Shown: positions 39,401 to 49,203 of the stretch, in pieces
Layout: every line of letters starts with the position of its first letter
Numbering within the stretch: the stretch's first letter is position 1
NCBI GenBank assembly: GCA_000002435.2
Contig: CM018789.1
Source: Giardia intestinalis
Lineage: Eukaryota
Length of the DNA: 64,000 bases
Strand: one strand, 5' to 3'
Position numbers and translations under genes: made by a program
The notes under the pieces: generated by a model
Told to the model about the DNA's origin: nothing
Seen by the model: the letters and a program-made list of their open reading frames with translations, nothing else
Database searches by the model: none

Positions 39401-40001
39401 CTCCATCTTCCGTGATCCGCTCCAATCTCAGGATACACTAGCAGAGGCACTGAAGCAGCTGCGTGTGTTTCTCAAGATTGATGAATACGTACAAGCTACA
39501 ATTGTGCGTCTGAAAAACTATTTGGTGGACGTACTCAAACCTCGAAAAGATGGAACTGTGAAGCTTCCCAATGGTGCCAAGATTGCTCAGGTTTATGTAG
39601 CCCAAGACTGCCCTGAATGGCAAACTCGTGTTGCGGAGTTTCTCTCTAGCATGTATTATGACGAGACGGAGGAATATGGCGGATTAGGCGCTTTGCCAAA
39701 AGATGCCTCATCCCGCGTGAGCAAGTACTGCATAGACGTCCTAGAAACACCAAAGAAAGATCTTCAGAAAGTCATGAAGTACGCTGCACAACTCATATCT
39801 GCATCCAAGACAGACGGCCCGGACGCGCTAGTAACAAAGCTGCCGTTCTCGGAACATAAAGTCCTTTCTGCATACAGTGATGCAGTCAGAACTGGCCTAG
39901 GAGTTGAACAGATTTCTTTCTACATGGTTGGAGAAGGACCCGTGCCGCCTGAGTCTTGCAAAGCTGCTACGCCAGGAAAGCCAATAGTATTCTTTGAGTA
40001 A
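36480..40001 (+). CDS. LeuRS: Leucyl-tRNA synthetase, cytosolic (archaeal/eukaryal) type
   Basis: ATG at 36480. The HIGH region is ...[26 protein letters not shown]..., the KMSKS motif is ...[11 protein letters not shown]..., and the protein is 1173 aa. Stop TAA at 39999-40001. AGTAAAC poly(A) signal at 40015-40021. Confidence 0.9.
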   Translation: [1173 protein letters not shown]

Positions 40002-40226
40002 TGGATGCTATAGCAGTAAACCTGACTAACTATATCCGGCCGATCAGACTGTTTCTAGGTATTTCTGGAGGTTTGTACGTGTATTAGAACAAAAGCTACT
40101 CTAGTTCAAGGGTGGAGGAATCGCACAAAGGTAAGCAACTGAGACGAAAAGCAAATGAAGGGGCTGCGACACTTGGCTGCTGCTTGACACACTTACAGAG
40201 AAACTAGGTCACTCATTAGCAAGAGG

Positions 40227-42179
40227 CTACAGATTAAAGCGGAGATTGCTGTCCTGCTTATCGTCTGAATTGTGACCTTCTGCAAGGTTGATATCGCTCG
40301 TGTTATACAAAGGAGCCCATAGTGTAATGACATTACCTATTTGGGTGACGAGACCACTGAATTCTTCCACAAGTTCTTTGAACAGACTGGATGTGTTCTT
40401 GCAGAGATCCAGGGAGACAAACCTCGTGGAAATGAACCTCTTTATTAGCTCATAATCCTTCATTATTTCGCTATTCTTGTGTAGCCGAACATACTTCTCT
40501 AATAATTTGTACTGATAGTCTATTCTTTTTTGAATTTCTTTGACCTCAGGATTGATATTAAAAATTATTCCGGTCTTGTTGTCCAGAAACCGAACGTATA
40601 AACCATCCTGTGTGAGGATGGGGGTCCACGTTTTGGGTAGCGGTGCCTTAAGTGCAATCTTTATGCACTTATCTCCCCAGGAACTAATAGATTGGCGGAT
40701 TTGCTCTGTGTCTACCTGCTTATTTACCAAACTGTCTTCGATTGTCGATGCCATTGTTTGCTCGAGACAAAGTAGTTGTAAGTCACTGGGATCACATGAC
40801 GCGAGATTGATCCACCGATTCTGCACCCAAGAAACCTGTGCTTTAGCCAACAGCGAGACATCAAGAGACGGGCGCTTGTTTAAAAACGCTGCATGCGGTG
40901 AGGTTGCATCCATAGTAGAGGCTGCGGTCACCAATGGTGTGGAAGAAGTGTCAGATCCCAAAGACTCCACTTCATTCTCAGACATGTTATAGGAGGTGCG
41001 AGCCATTGCAGCGCCGAATGCAGCCTTTGTCAGGCCAAACATTTCTTGGATCCCTACTCTATATCCTTTATACAATAAATCTATAGGCCCATAGCCAGAG
41101 GGAAAAATGGAGATTCCGCCCATGTCCAATAGCTTGAGAGGAGGGTCTATTTGGGTACGTGTCACCCTGCTCTCAATAACAGGTGGACTGGGGTATCTAA
41201 GTGTCTTAGGCTTTTGACGAAATGTAGTTGTTTTGTGCTCTTCTGGCTTAATAGTGGGCTGCTTGGCAGACGCTTCTCCTGTACGGCAGAGCCGTAAAGA
41301 CTGAGCTTCTACCTGTCTTTGCTTGATGCTGATATTAGAGGTAACCCGCCCACCTTCTAGTGTGTTTGCGGTTGCTGTTATGCCAGTGATGGCTGTGGCA
41401 GGCTGATGTATGGAACCATATCTTTCTAATAACCCTAAGAAAGCCCCTAGCATGTCATTAGATGAGCAACTGGAGGCCTCAGTATTTTCATTCTTGGTTC
41501 TACACGCAGCAAGAGCTCGTTTTTGCTTTCTGGTAAGGAAGTACGACTCATCAGCACCTATGTAAGAACGGACAGCTGCTACAAAACGCAAGAAAGATGA
41601 CTCTGTTTGAGAAAAGGATGCAGAAGACGTAGCAGCGGGAGTCCTGATGGCATACTTGGTTAACGTAAACATCGTAAGAAGGACCTCCACTTGAACAGTG
41701 GCTACAAGCATTGCCAGAGCACCGAATGTCATATTGAGAGAAGCAGTATCCACGTAGCTATTATACAAGGCGATTACATAGCCCGTCTCCTGCTGGGCCT
41801 TGGTGGATAATGCTACCGCTGCTGCAAATAAAGATAGGTTAGCTTCATACGCTTTCGCAGAGTCCACAAGTGACATGAATTGTGGAAGACATGAATCAGG
41901 TATTCGCTCTAAGCAGGATTGATGGGCGCTGGTAATGCTCAAGAGTTGTGCATAATCCTCCTTGATCCTAATGTTCTCGGCCTGCTGGACGGTGATTAAG
42001 TGTGCTGACAACCGTCGCTTATTACACAGACGCTTCTGATCATCGTTCTTGGAAGTTGTCTCGGAAGTTAAGATGTTTAGGACGGGCTTAGTCTCTAACA
42101 AAAAGTGCTTACGCGCATCAACATTCTGGAGCAGGAGGTCCATACTGTGGTGAAGAGAACACTCCGTAGTTAAGTTCAT
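40227..42179 (-). CDS. Hypothetical protein (650 aa)
   Basis: ATG at 42179-42177. It is a long ORF in a gene-dense block, and I could not recognise a domain. Confidence 0.5.
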   Translation of the reverse strand: MNLTTECSLHHSMDLLLQNVDARKHFLLETKPVLNILTSETTSKNDDQKRLCNKRRLSAHLITVQQAENIRIKEDYAQLLSITSAHQSCLERIPDSCLPQFMSLVDSAKAYEANLSLFAAAVALSTKAQQETGYVIALYNSYVDTASLNMTFGALAMLVATVQVEVLLTMFTLTKYAIRTPAATSSASFSQTESSFLRFVAAVRSYIGADESYFLTRKQKRALAACRTKNENTEASSCSSNDMLGAFLGLLERYGSIHQPATAITGITATANTLEGGRVTSNISIKQRQVEAQSLRLCRTGEASAKQPTIKPEEHKTTTFRQKPKTLRYPSPPVIESRVTRTQIDPPLKLLDMGGISIFPSGYGPIDLLYKGYRVGIQEMFGLTKAAFGAAMARTSYNMSENEVESLGSDTSSTPLVTAASTMDATSPHAAFLNKRPSLDVSLLAKAQVSWVQNRWINLASCDPSDLQLLCLEQTMASTIEDSLVNKQVDTEQIRQSISSWGDKCIKIALKAPLPKTWTPILTQDGLYVRFLDNKTGIIFNINPEVKEIQKRIDYQYKLLEKYVRLHKNSEIMKDYELIKRFISTRFVSLDLCKNTSSLFKELVEEFSGLVTQIGNVITLWAPLYNTSDINLAEGHNSDDKQDSNLRFNL

Positions 42180-42354
42180 AAGACCAGGCTAGCCTAAAGT
42201 TTAACAAGAACCTAAAGTTTATTGCTTATGTTCTAAGATAAGATAAAGACAAGAATACACAAAGTGGTTTGTGATCTCCCAGCTCTCAGCTCTCAGCTAG
42301 CTTATGTGATGTTTCTGACGGAGGTAGTGGAGGCAGTACGTCTGATGTAGAGTC

Positions 42355-43968
42355 TCAGTGTGCAACCTCGTTCATTTCACGTGGTTCTTTGCCTTGTTTC
42401 GATTGTAACCTATTTATTCTATCAACTAGTTGCTGACTCATGACTACAGATCCTCTTACTGATGAGCGATTGTTGGCTGAATGTGAGGACTTGTTAAGAG
42501 ATCCCCGGACGGACAACAGCACAGGTAGCCTTGTAGACATGCGCTCAGATACACGATTTGATGTCTGCAAGTTCTCGAGATCAATGACTTTACGACGTGT
42601 TGGAACCTCATCATCTGATTGCTCGTAAATTACTGTACTGCCACGCGTCGACAATCTCTTGTCAATGGAGGCTTTCTGCATATTTGAGGTGTTTGGGTTG
42701 GAAAGTGTATCGACTGAGCCGACAATATTCCGAATGCTTCTCCTTTTAATCTCTTCAACTCGCTGCACATTCACCATGGTTGCATCACGAATGAATCGCG
42801 AGCCTCTCTCTTCATTGGGGTTATCCTTTGTATCTTCTTCATCCTCTTCCTCTTCTTCGAGCTCTTCCTCAGGCTCCTCTTTTTCATCGTTTTCCCCTTG
42901 TGCAAACTCCTGTTTGATATCTGATGGAGGATTGACAATCTGAGATTTAGACATGGAAATAAGGTATTCAAACGCCTGTCCAGCAGTACGAATGTCACTA
43001 ATGCTATCGGGAAAGACTCGAGGGTTTAGGCCAGCCTTCACCAGGGCGTCGATTTCATCTTTGTTCTGAATAGCTAGCTTGTAGCTGCTGATGATCTGAT
43101 GCAAAATAGAAGGCGTTCTCATGCCTTCAAAGCAGGCAGCAAAGTTCTTTCTGAAGGACTTATGGTGGTATGGATGATTCTCGATGAGATTTGAGGCTAG
43201 ATCTTCTTTGGTTAGTAGTCCACTTGTCAATATCTCGACATGGTAACTAATAAGGTTACCTAATGAATACAGCATGTATATTCCTGATGCCAGGATAATG
43301 GCTTCACCAATGAGAGAGATAGCAAAGCCTATGCGAAACGGAATGGTTATGAAGTCATAGACCAAAAAGCCAACCAAGACTAACGAGCAAAGGATTAATA
43401 AAGAAATGTAAATGGTAACAACTAACAGCATAATGTAAAAGTATCCGTGATTTCTAAAGCCAACGTCAGTGCCCAACCAAAAACAATGGTGGTCAAAGCG
43501 ATATACGCAGCAGTTACAAGTACGACAGTGTGTTGTGCGCAAGGGTCGCAAGTAAAGACACGTCTCACAATACTTCAATCTCATTGTGTAGCCGTTGTGG
43601 CTAATAATTGGGTCCCGATGGTGATCTAGAAGCTTTGTTGATGGAGAGAGAACCGGAATGAGCTCCCGGTCAAACTGCACAGAAGGAATAATACCAGGAT
43701 CAACAAGACCTGTGACCAAGATCATGACAATTGAGGCAATAAGTGAGCCATCAAGAAGGAGGTGAGCAATAACGTGCCATGCAAGGTGCTGTGGATTTGA
43801 GTGAGAGAGGTAGAAGTCGACCCAGAAGATGGCCAAAGCGGCGATAACCAAACAAATAGTGCCAATGAGAAAGCATAACTGAGAGCCCACAACTACCCTC
43901 CCACCCATCATCACCTTATTCGCGCCATACCACCGTATTTTGATGTCTTTGGATAGCTTAATTAGCAT
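42355..43968 (-). CDS. DHHC-type zinc-finger protein S-palmitoyltransferase
   Basis: ATG at 43968-43966. The signature is ...CETCLYLRPLRTTHCRTCNCCVYRFDHHCFWLGTDVGFRNHGYFY..., flanked by four hydrophobic transmembrane segments. An acidic low-complexity stretch (EKEEPEEELEEEEEDEEDTKD) and a Ser-rich tail follow. Confidence 0.85.
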   Translation of the reverse strand: MLIKLSKDIKIRWYGANKVMMGGRVVVGSQLCFLIGTICLVIAALAIFWVDFYLSHSNPQHLAWHVIAHLLLDGSLIASIVMILVTGLVDPGIIPSVQFDRELIPVLSPSTKLLDHHRDPIISHNGYTMRLKYCETCLYLRPLRTTHCRTCNCCVYRFDHHCFWLGTDVGFRNHGYFYIMLLVVTIYISLLILCSLVLVGFLVYDFITIPFRIGFAISLIGEAIILASGIYMLYSLGNLISYHVEILTSGLLTKEDLASNLIENHPYHHKSFRKNFAACFEGMRTPSILHQIISSYKLAIQNKDEIDALVKAGLNPRVFPDSISDIRTAGQAFEYLISMSKSQIVNPPSDIKQEFAQGENDEKEEPEEELEEEEEDEEDTKDNPNEERGSRFIRDATMVNVQRVEEIKRRSIRNIVGSVDTLSNPNTSNMQKASIDKRLSTRGSTVIYEQSDDEVPTRRKVIDLENLQTSNRVSERMSTRLPVLLSVRGSLNKSSHSANNRSSVRGSVVMSQQLVDRINRLQSKQGKEPREMNEVAH

Positions 43969-44083
43969 CTGTCAATGTATAAATTTTGAAAACAAAAATT
44001 GATTGACCGCGATATCGACTCTGTAGACCTGGGCGACACAGAAAGAGCTAGATATGCTTCTAATCATGTAGCTGCACTTGTAA

Positions 44084-44674
44084 TTACTCTTCTTTATTCT
44101 TTAGGTCGATGAGGAACTTGCTTAGCTCTTTTTCACAAATCAAAGCTTGGGCCATCTCACTAGCAGAGCTAAGCCGTGTTCCATTCCGTAAAAGCCACGC
44201 TTTGGCGATGAACCTTTCGAGTGTCTCCTCCCAGCCTTTGCGGTCGTCAGACGTCAGCTCACTAGATTGTTCCTGCTGCCAGGCGGGAGGCTTTGCTGTG
44301 CACGACAGGGTATCTAGCAAATGTTCCCTTTCACATTCCTGTTGAGATAGATGGAGAATAATGCGAACAAGGATGTATGCTCCCCGTTCCTCATTAAGAC
44401 TAGCAAGATTCGTAGGCGTAAGGGCACCTCTAAGCCACTGATAGTACTCTTTAGGATTCTCCGTGGCATCCGTGACAACCAACGAGTAAACACCCCTGTG
44501 CTTCACTCTGATTGCCCGCAAGGAGCATAATGCCAACACGCCGTTTAGTTTTTCAAGCTTTTCGGCTGGTGAGGAGGCCTCAACTAAAGCAAAAATGATT
44601 CTACAGGGAACAAAGCTTTTACTCTTTGCTGCTGCTATCAACAGCTGACACGCGTGCTCCAGACCTGTATCCAT
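44084..44674 (-). CDS. Hypothetical protein (about 196 aa)
   Basis: The track start at 44692 is GTG. The first ATG is at 44674-44672 (MDTGLEHACQ...). No recognisable domain. Confidence 0.4.
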   Translation of the reverse strand: MDTGLEHACQLLIAAAKSKSFVPCRIIFALVEASSPAEKLEKLNGVLALCSLRAIRVKHRGVYSLVVTDATENPKEYYQWLRGALTPTNLASLNEERGAYILVRIILHLSQQECEREHLLDTLSCTAKPPAWQQEQSSELTSDDRKGWEETLERFIAKAWLLRNGTRLSSASEMAQALICEKELSKFLIDLKNKEE

Positions 44675-44748
44675 GATTTTATTTTGAGGCACTTAGAGTC
44701 GCAGAGAAAATTAATCTGCAACATGATAGATTGGCAGATGTAAAACCA

Positions 44749-45195
44749 TCAAGAACAATATCTGTCCAGGACGTTACCAAGCTTTTTCCATTGGTCCTCG
44801 GTTAAGCTCCTTTGCCTCATCGATGGAAGCTCAGCTTTGAGGACGTCCAATGCTGAGCTGGAAGCCACTCGGGAGCCTCCAATATCTAATCCAAGAATTT
44901 GAACAACCTCCATCTCAGTGAGGTATTGCAGATCTAGGAGCTCCCTATGAAGGTCTTTTAAGCGTGTCTTCCTCTTCCCCAGATACTCATCATATTGTTT
45001 GTAAAATCGCACTGCGTCACTAAAGTATTGGGACCTCTCGATTCCGCTACCTTGGGGAATGTCTAAGGACGGAAATTCAAGTTGTGCAAGGGGCTTAATG
45101 TATACCTTGCTTGGATCTCTGATGGCATTGTCACCGTCCTCAGAAGATAATGGAACAAAGTTGGGTGGAAGAGAAACGGTGTCTCCTAAATCCAT
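44749..45195 (-). CDS. Hypothetical protein (148 aa)
   Basis: ATG at 45195-45193. Only 18 bp separate it from the divergent ankyrin gene. Confidence 0.4.
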   Translation of the reverse strand: MDLGDTVSLPPNFVPLSSEDGDNAIRDPSKVYIKPLAQLEFPSLDIPQGSGIERSQYFSDAVRFYKQYDEYLGKRKTRLKDLHRELLDLQYLTEMEVVQILGLDIGGSRVASSSALDVLKAELPSMRQRSLTEDQWKKLGNVLDRYCS

Positions 45196-45213
45196 AAAAT
45201 TTTATAAGCGGGT
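45196..45213. promoter_or_regulatory. 18-bp bidirectional promoter (aattttataagcgggt) between two divergent start codons
   Basis: Minus-strand ATG at 45195 and plus-strand ATG at 45214. Confidence 0.5.
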
Positions 45214-47073
45214 ATGATAGCTAATGTCCAGGATTGGTTTGTGGCCATTGCTAGCGGTAACGAGGATGACGTCAGAGAATTTATGAGTGAGTACGTAGGC
45301 TCTAGAGATGAAACAGGAGACACTGCTCTCATTATAGCGGCGCGCATGGGGGAAGCAGGAATAGTGCGCCTTCTTTCTACTACTCAGGAAGTTGGCCTCA
45401 TTAACAAGGAAGGATGCACAGCGCTGATAGCAGCGGCAATGTCTAACAAGCCTGAAACATGCGAAATCTTGGTAACCCTAGAAAAGCACATACCCCTTCG
45501 GGACGGGCGCGATGCCTTAATGCTAGCCGCCTTCATGGCCAACTATGAGGCAGTGTCTGTTCTGGTAAGGCACATGGCATTGGTTGAAGATGAGAACCAG
45601 ATGAATGCTCTAGATTACGCCGTGGTAGGAGGATCGCTGAACGTTGTGAGGGCTATTGTGGAGGCCCAGGATAGCATAGATGATAAGCTAGAGTATGCCA
45701 TTTTTTTAGCAACAGAGCCCATCAGAGAAGATATCCTAGAGTATCTCAAGCAATTTAAAGGCGCTTCACCCTCCGACCACCGACAGGCAGATGCATCTGC
45801 CAGGTCTCCTGTGGGTACCCAGTCTCTCAGCAAGCTCGAAGAAGAGCTTCGGCAAGTTCTCGAAGAACGAGATACCATCGCAGATGAGCTTACCACTCTG
45901 AATCTTCATCTAGGAGCACTATTTACGTCTCTTGGAGCCCTTCGGAAGAAGCGCCTTGCCATAAGTACTACGGGGTCTACCTTCTCATCCACGCTGACAA
46001 CGGGAAATAATAGCACTTTACTGGCAGCTCAGCCACAGATAACCTCTGAGCAATCTCAACTACAAGACATAACAACACTACCGGAAGCCATAAATGAGCT
46101 AGAACTCCTCCTTACAGTGCCTTTTGGAGCCGGCTCCGCAGATATCTACGAGGAAATAGAAGACCAAATAAAACAGCTGAGCAGAGCCGTTGCTGAGCTG
46201 CAGGATCTGAATGCTGCCAAGGATGAAGAGATAGCAGAGCTCAAACGTGCGTTAGAGTGTGATATAGATGGCAATGTTACGGAGGCGATTGCCCAGAAAG
46301 ATGCGCAAATAGAGGCTCTACAAGCAAAGGTAACTGACCAGGAGGCTAAGCTCGATAGCTATGCTCTTGAATTGGAAGCTGCAAAGAGGTCTGAGAACAG
46401 TGTGCCGGCTCTTAAGGCAGAGTTAAAACTCAAGGACAAAGTTATCAGCGGATTGCTATCAACAATCCAAAAACAAGAAAAAAGTTTTTCGGCAATAAGG
46501 TCTGCCTTTCAGCAGAAAGAAGTGGAGACCCAAAAGTATAGGACTGCTATCGGCTGCTCTGAGTCGACGGTTAAGAACCTTATCACAGCCAACGACTACG
46601 AGCGAGCACGCTTCAGTGCCCGTAACTCCCTGGTGATAAACTCCCCAGTGAGGCTTTCTGGCGCATGGGGATCTATGCTTTCAGATGGCGCCACCCCTGC
46701 CATGGACAGGCCTGCAATGGCTCCGGCAAGCATTAGGCAAGCATCAGCTGCCGGCGAGCCTCCAGAGGAAGCTGCAAAGGAGCCCAATCCCGCTTCTATA
46801 GCCAGCATTTCTCGTCTGTGTGCTATAAGGTCGCCCACCTCAGGTCAGCGCAGCTCTACTCGCGTGAGGAGTACGCGTATGACTATGAGTGAAGAGGAGC
46901 GAGCGGAGCTACGGAAGAGCATACGCATGAAGATGACGGAAAACAAGATGCTGAAGGAAGCCCTTATTAATGCTAGCCCTTCGGACACAGAGGCAAGAGT
47001 CCTTCGGGAGGAAATAGATAGGCTAAAAGATTTGTTGAGAGCCAGTTCCCCAACTGGGGAGAAACGCGATTGA
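45214..47073 (+). CDS. Ankyrin-repeat plus coiled-coil protein (Giardia 'Protein 21.1'-like)
   Basis: ATG at 45214. N-terminal ANK repeats (...GDTALIIAARMGEAGIVRLL..., ...GCTALIAAAMSNKPETCEILV..., ...GRDALMLAAFMANYEAVSVLV...) are followed by a long coiled coil. Confidence 0.75.
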   Translation: MIANVQDWFVAIASGNEDDVREFMSEYVGSRDETGDTALIIAARMGEAGIVRLLSTTQEVGLINKEGCTALIAAAMSNKPETCEILVTLEKHIPLRDGRDALMLAAFMANYEAVSVLVRHMALVEDENQMNALDYAVVGGSLNVVRAIVEAQDSIDDKLEYAIFLATEPIREDILEYLKQFKGASPSDHRQADASARSPVGTQSLSKLEEELRQVLEERDTIADELTTLNLHLGALFTSLGALRKKRLAISTTGSTFSSTLTTGNNSTLLAAQPQITSEQSQLQDITTLPEAINELELLLTVPFGAGSADIYEEIEDQIKQLSRAVAELQDLNAAKDEEIAELKRALECDIDGNVTEAIAQKDAQIEALQAKVTDQEAKLDSYALELEAAKRSENSVPALKAELKLKDKVISGLLSTIQKQEKSFSAIRSAFQQKEVETQKYRTAIGCSESTVKNLITANDYERARFSARNSLVINSPVRLSGAWGSMLSDGATPAMDRPAMAPASIRQASAAGEPPEEAAKEPNPASIASISRLCAIRSPTSGQRSSTRVRSTRMTMSEEERAELRKSIRMKMTENKMLKEALINASPSDTEARVLREEIDRLKDLLRASSPTGEKRD

Positions 47074-47164
47074 AGGCATAACGAGGTAGTTTAAAATAAA
47101 ACTCCGTGTAAAATTTTACATCCATTTAATATTATATCATTTTGGCACATTCTTTTGCTGGCCA

Positions 47165-49105
47165 ATGCAGGCGGAATGGTTTGAAGCCGTGAGTGCGCGG
47201 AACCTGGACTACATTGCACAGAATTTGGAGCAGTGCTGCACTCTACACAACGAGCAGGGACTCACCGGGCTGATGATAGCTGCTAAGAACGGAGACATCG
47301 ACATTGTGAAGAAACTAGTCCCTTACGAGGCAGGACAGCAGGACCCCGATGGTATCCCTGCCGCCATCTATGCATACAATGCAAAGCATATAGAGATTAT
47401 GGAGGAGATCCTTCAAGCAGAAGCGTCTTATAGGTTTACCGATGACTCTGATATCCTCATGTATCTTATCCGGCACGGGTGCAATGATGTGCTTCTTAGT
47501 ATCGTACATCACTTCCCTTCTCACATCGACTATAATGGCTACTCTCACCTGGATCATGCAGTCATGTGCAGGAATACATACGCCATTGAGCTCTTGGTGA
47601 ATAGCTTTGAGTACGATGAGTCAGCTATTTCACGTGCTCTAGCTTTAGCCGAGGAAGTAGATAAGAAGGCTCCCGCGAAGAACTTGAGCAGTGGGGAACG
47701 GCCCATTGTTCTTATTCTTTGTGAGCTCTTTAATATTAATCCCCGAAGCATAGCATCTCCTGAAATAGATGACCTGCAGTATTATGCAAGAGGTAATGCG
47801 AGCACTCTGACGGATCCCTGTGTTGACATTGGCTCGGCGATAACCGGAATTAGCGCCCTCTCTGAACGCAATAGCGTGGCCTTTTCAGATGCGTTGGGAC
47901 TTTTCCTGCCTGACGAATACGGCCCTGCGGCCAGGGGGTCTGTCGCCAACCTGCCCCCAACTGGCCCGGTACAAGGGAATCCTGGGTCTCCTGGCCACCC
48001 CCAGTCTCCCCGGCTGTTGTCTCAGCCCGAGTATCCAGACGCAAACATCAGCTCGTTTAATAGAAAGTTCCCGCCGACCAATCCTACTAATAGGGTTAGT
48101 CTCCAGATACCCGGGACAAAGTATGGGCCTATATCGACTGGCATTTATGAGAAGACCCTACCCAACAGGCCTCTATCTATAAGCGGGCTCAAGGCTATGC
48201 AAAGTGACACCGAAAACTCCGTCATAGACACGGCCAATATCCTAGATATTACCCTTTTGAAGAAGGAGTACTCGAAGGCCATCATGGAGTGTGAAAGGTT
48301 ACGAAAGGAAGTCCAGCATCAGCGGTTGGCACGGCTCCATGCCGTCAACGCAACAGTACAAGCGGTGCCCACCAGGCGGGAGGCTATTGTTCAAACTTGT
48401 AATGAGGCTCCTGATGCACCTGCATCTCAGGAAGACGGTGTTTATCAGCAAGACCTTGCTGCGGCCAAGGTCACCCCATCTACGACCCGTGAGGAGCTTG
48501 TGGCTATAGTTCTGGCTCTGCGGAAAGAAGTGGAAGTGAAGAACAAGCTTCTCACCCTGGGGTCACAGCCCGGTAAGGCCTCTCAATCAACGATTGATTG
48601 CATGGCAACTGCACTGCGCCGTCAGACCGAAGCCAGCAAGGCCCAGCGCCAGGCAATGCAGGCCAAGAATGAGCAGTTGGCACAGCTTCATATTGCGTTG
48701 CAAAAGCGTGAGCAGCAGATCCGTAGTATTCAGATAGCAGCTCAGGCGTATAATAAGACTCATCAATCCCACATTGATGTGCCTACTGATTTGCCTACTG
48801 ACCGTGAGCCCGTAGCGACGACTTTTGCCCCTAGCCTCCCTGAGACAGGAGTAAGCACAGAGACATACGTAAAGCTGTCCAAGGAAAACAGTGAGTTGAC
48901 ACAACAGGTCAAGCAGCTAAAGCGCGAAGTTAGCAGCTTAAAGAGCAAACTAGGCCTTACTCAGGACCCAAGCCGCGTGACTGAAGATGGGGTGGGTCGA
49001 GCACAATTATCTCCGCTAATATTGCTTCAAATTGAAAACATCAAACTAAAGAAGCAGCTCAACGATAAGGTGAAGCTTCTAAGCAACCAAGAAAACCACA
49101 TCTAA
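47165..49105 (+). CDS. Ankyrin-repeat plus coiled-coil protein (Protein 21.1-like)
   Basis: ATG at 47165. ANK repeats (...GLTGLMIAAKNGDIDIVKKLV...) are followed by a Gln/Ala-rich coiled-coil C-terminus. Confidence 0.7.
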   Translation: MQAEWFEAVSARNLDYIAQNLEQCCTLHNEQGLTGLMIAAKNGDIDIVKKLVPYEAGQQDPDGIPAAIYAYNAKHIEIMEEILQAEASYRFTDDSDILMYLIRHGCNDVLLSIVHHFPSHIDYNGYSHLDHAVMCRNTYAIELLVNSFEYDESAISRALALAEEVDKKAPAKNLSSGERPIVLILCELFNINPRSIASPEIDDLQYYARGNASTLTDPCVDIGSAITGISALSERNSVAFSDALGLFLPDEYGPAARGSVANLPPTGPVQGNPGSPGHPQSPRLLSQPEYPDANISSFNRKFPPTNPTNRVSLQIPGTKYGPISTGIYEKTLPNRPLSISGLKAMQSDTENSVIDTANILDITLLKKEYSKAIMECERLRKEVQHQRLARLHAVNATVQAVPTRREAIVQTCNEAPDAPASQEDGVYQQDLAAAKVTPSTTREELVAIVLALRKEVEVKNKLLTLGSQPGKASQSTIDCMATALRRQTEASKAQRQAMQAKNEQLAQLHIALQKREQQIRSIQIAAQAYNKTHQSHIDVPTDLPTDREPVATTFAPSLPETGVSTETYVKLSKENSELTQQVKQLKREVSSLKSKLGLTQDPSRVTEDGVGRAQLSPLILLQIENIKLKKQLNDKVKLLSNQENHI

Positions 49106-49203
49106 ATTGTGTGGCTCTATCAGCTTTAACATGTGGTAAATCAATAAAATATTTGTTTTGAAAACGCCTTGTGGCAGCAATCGATCAACAGCTGCTGCAT
49201 ATT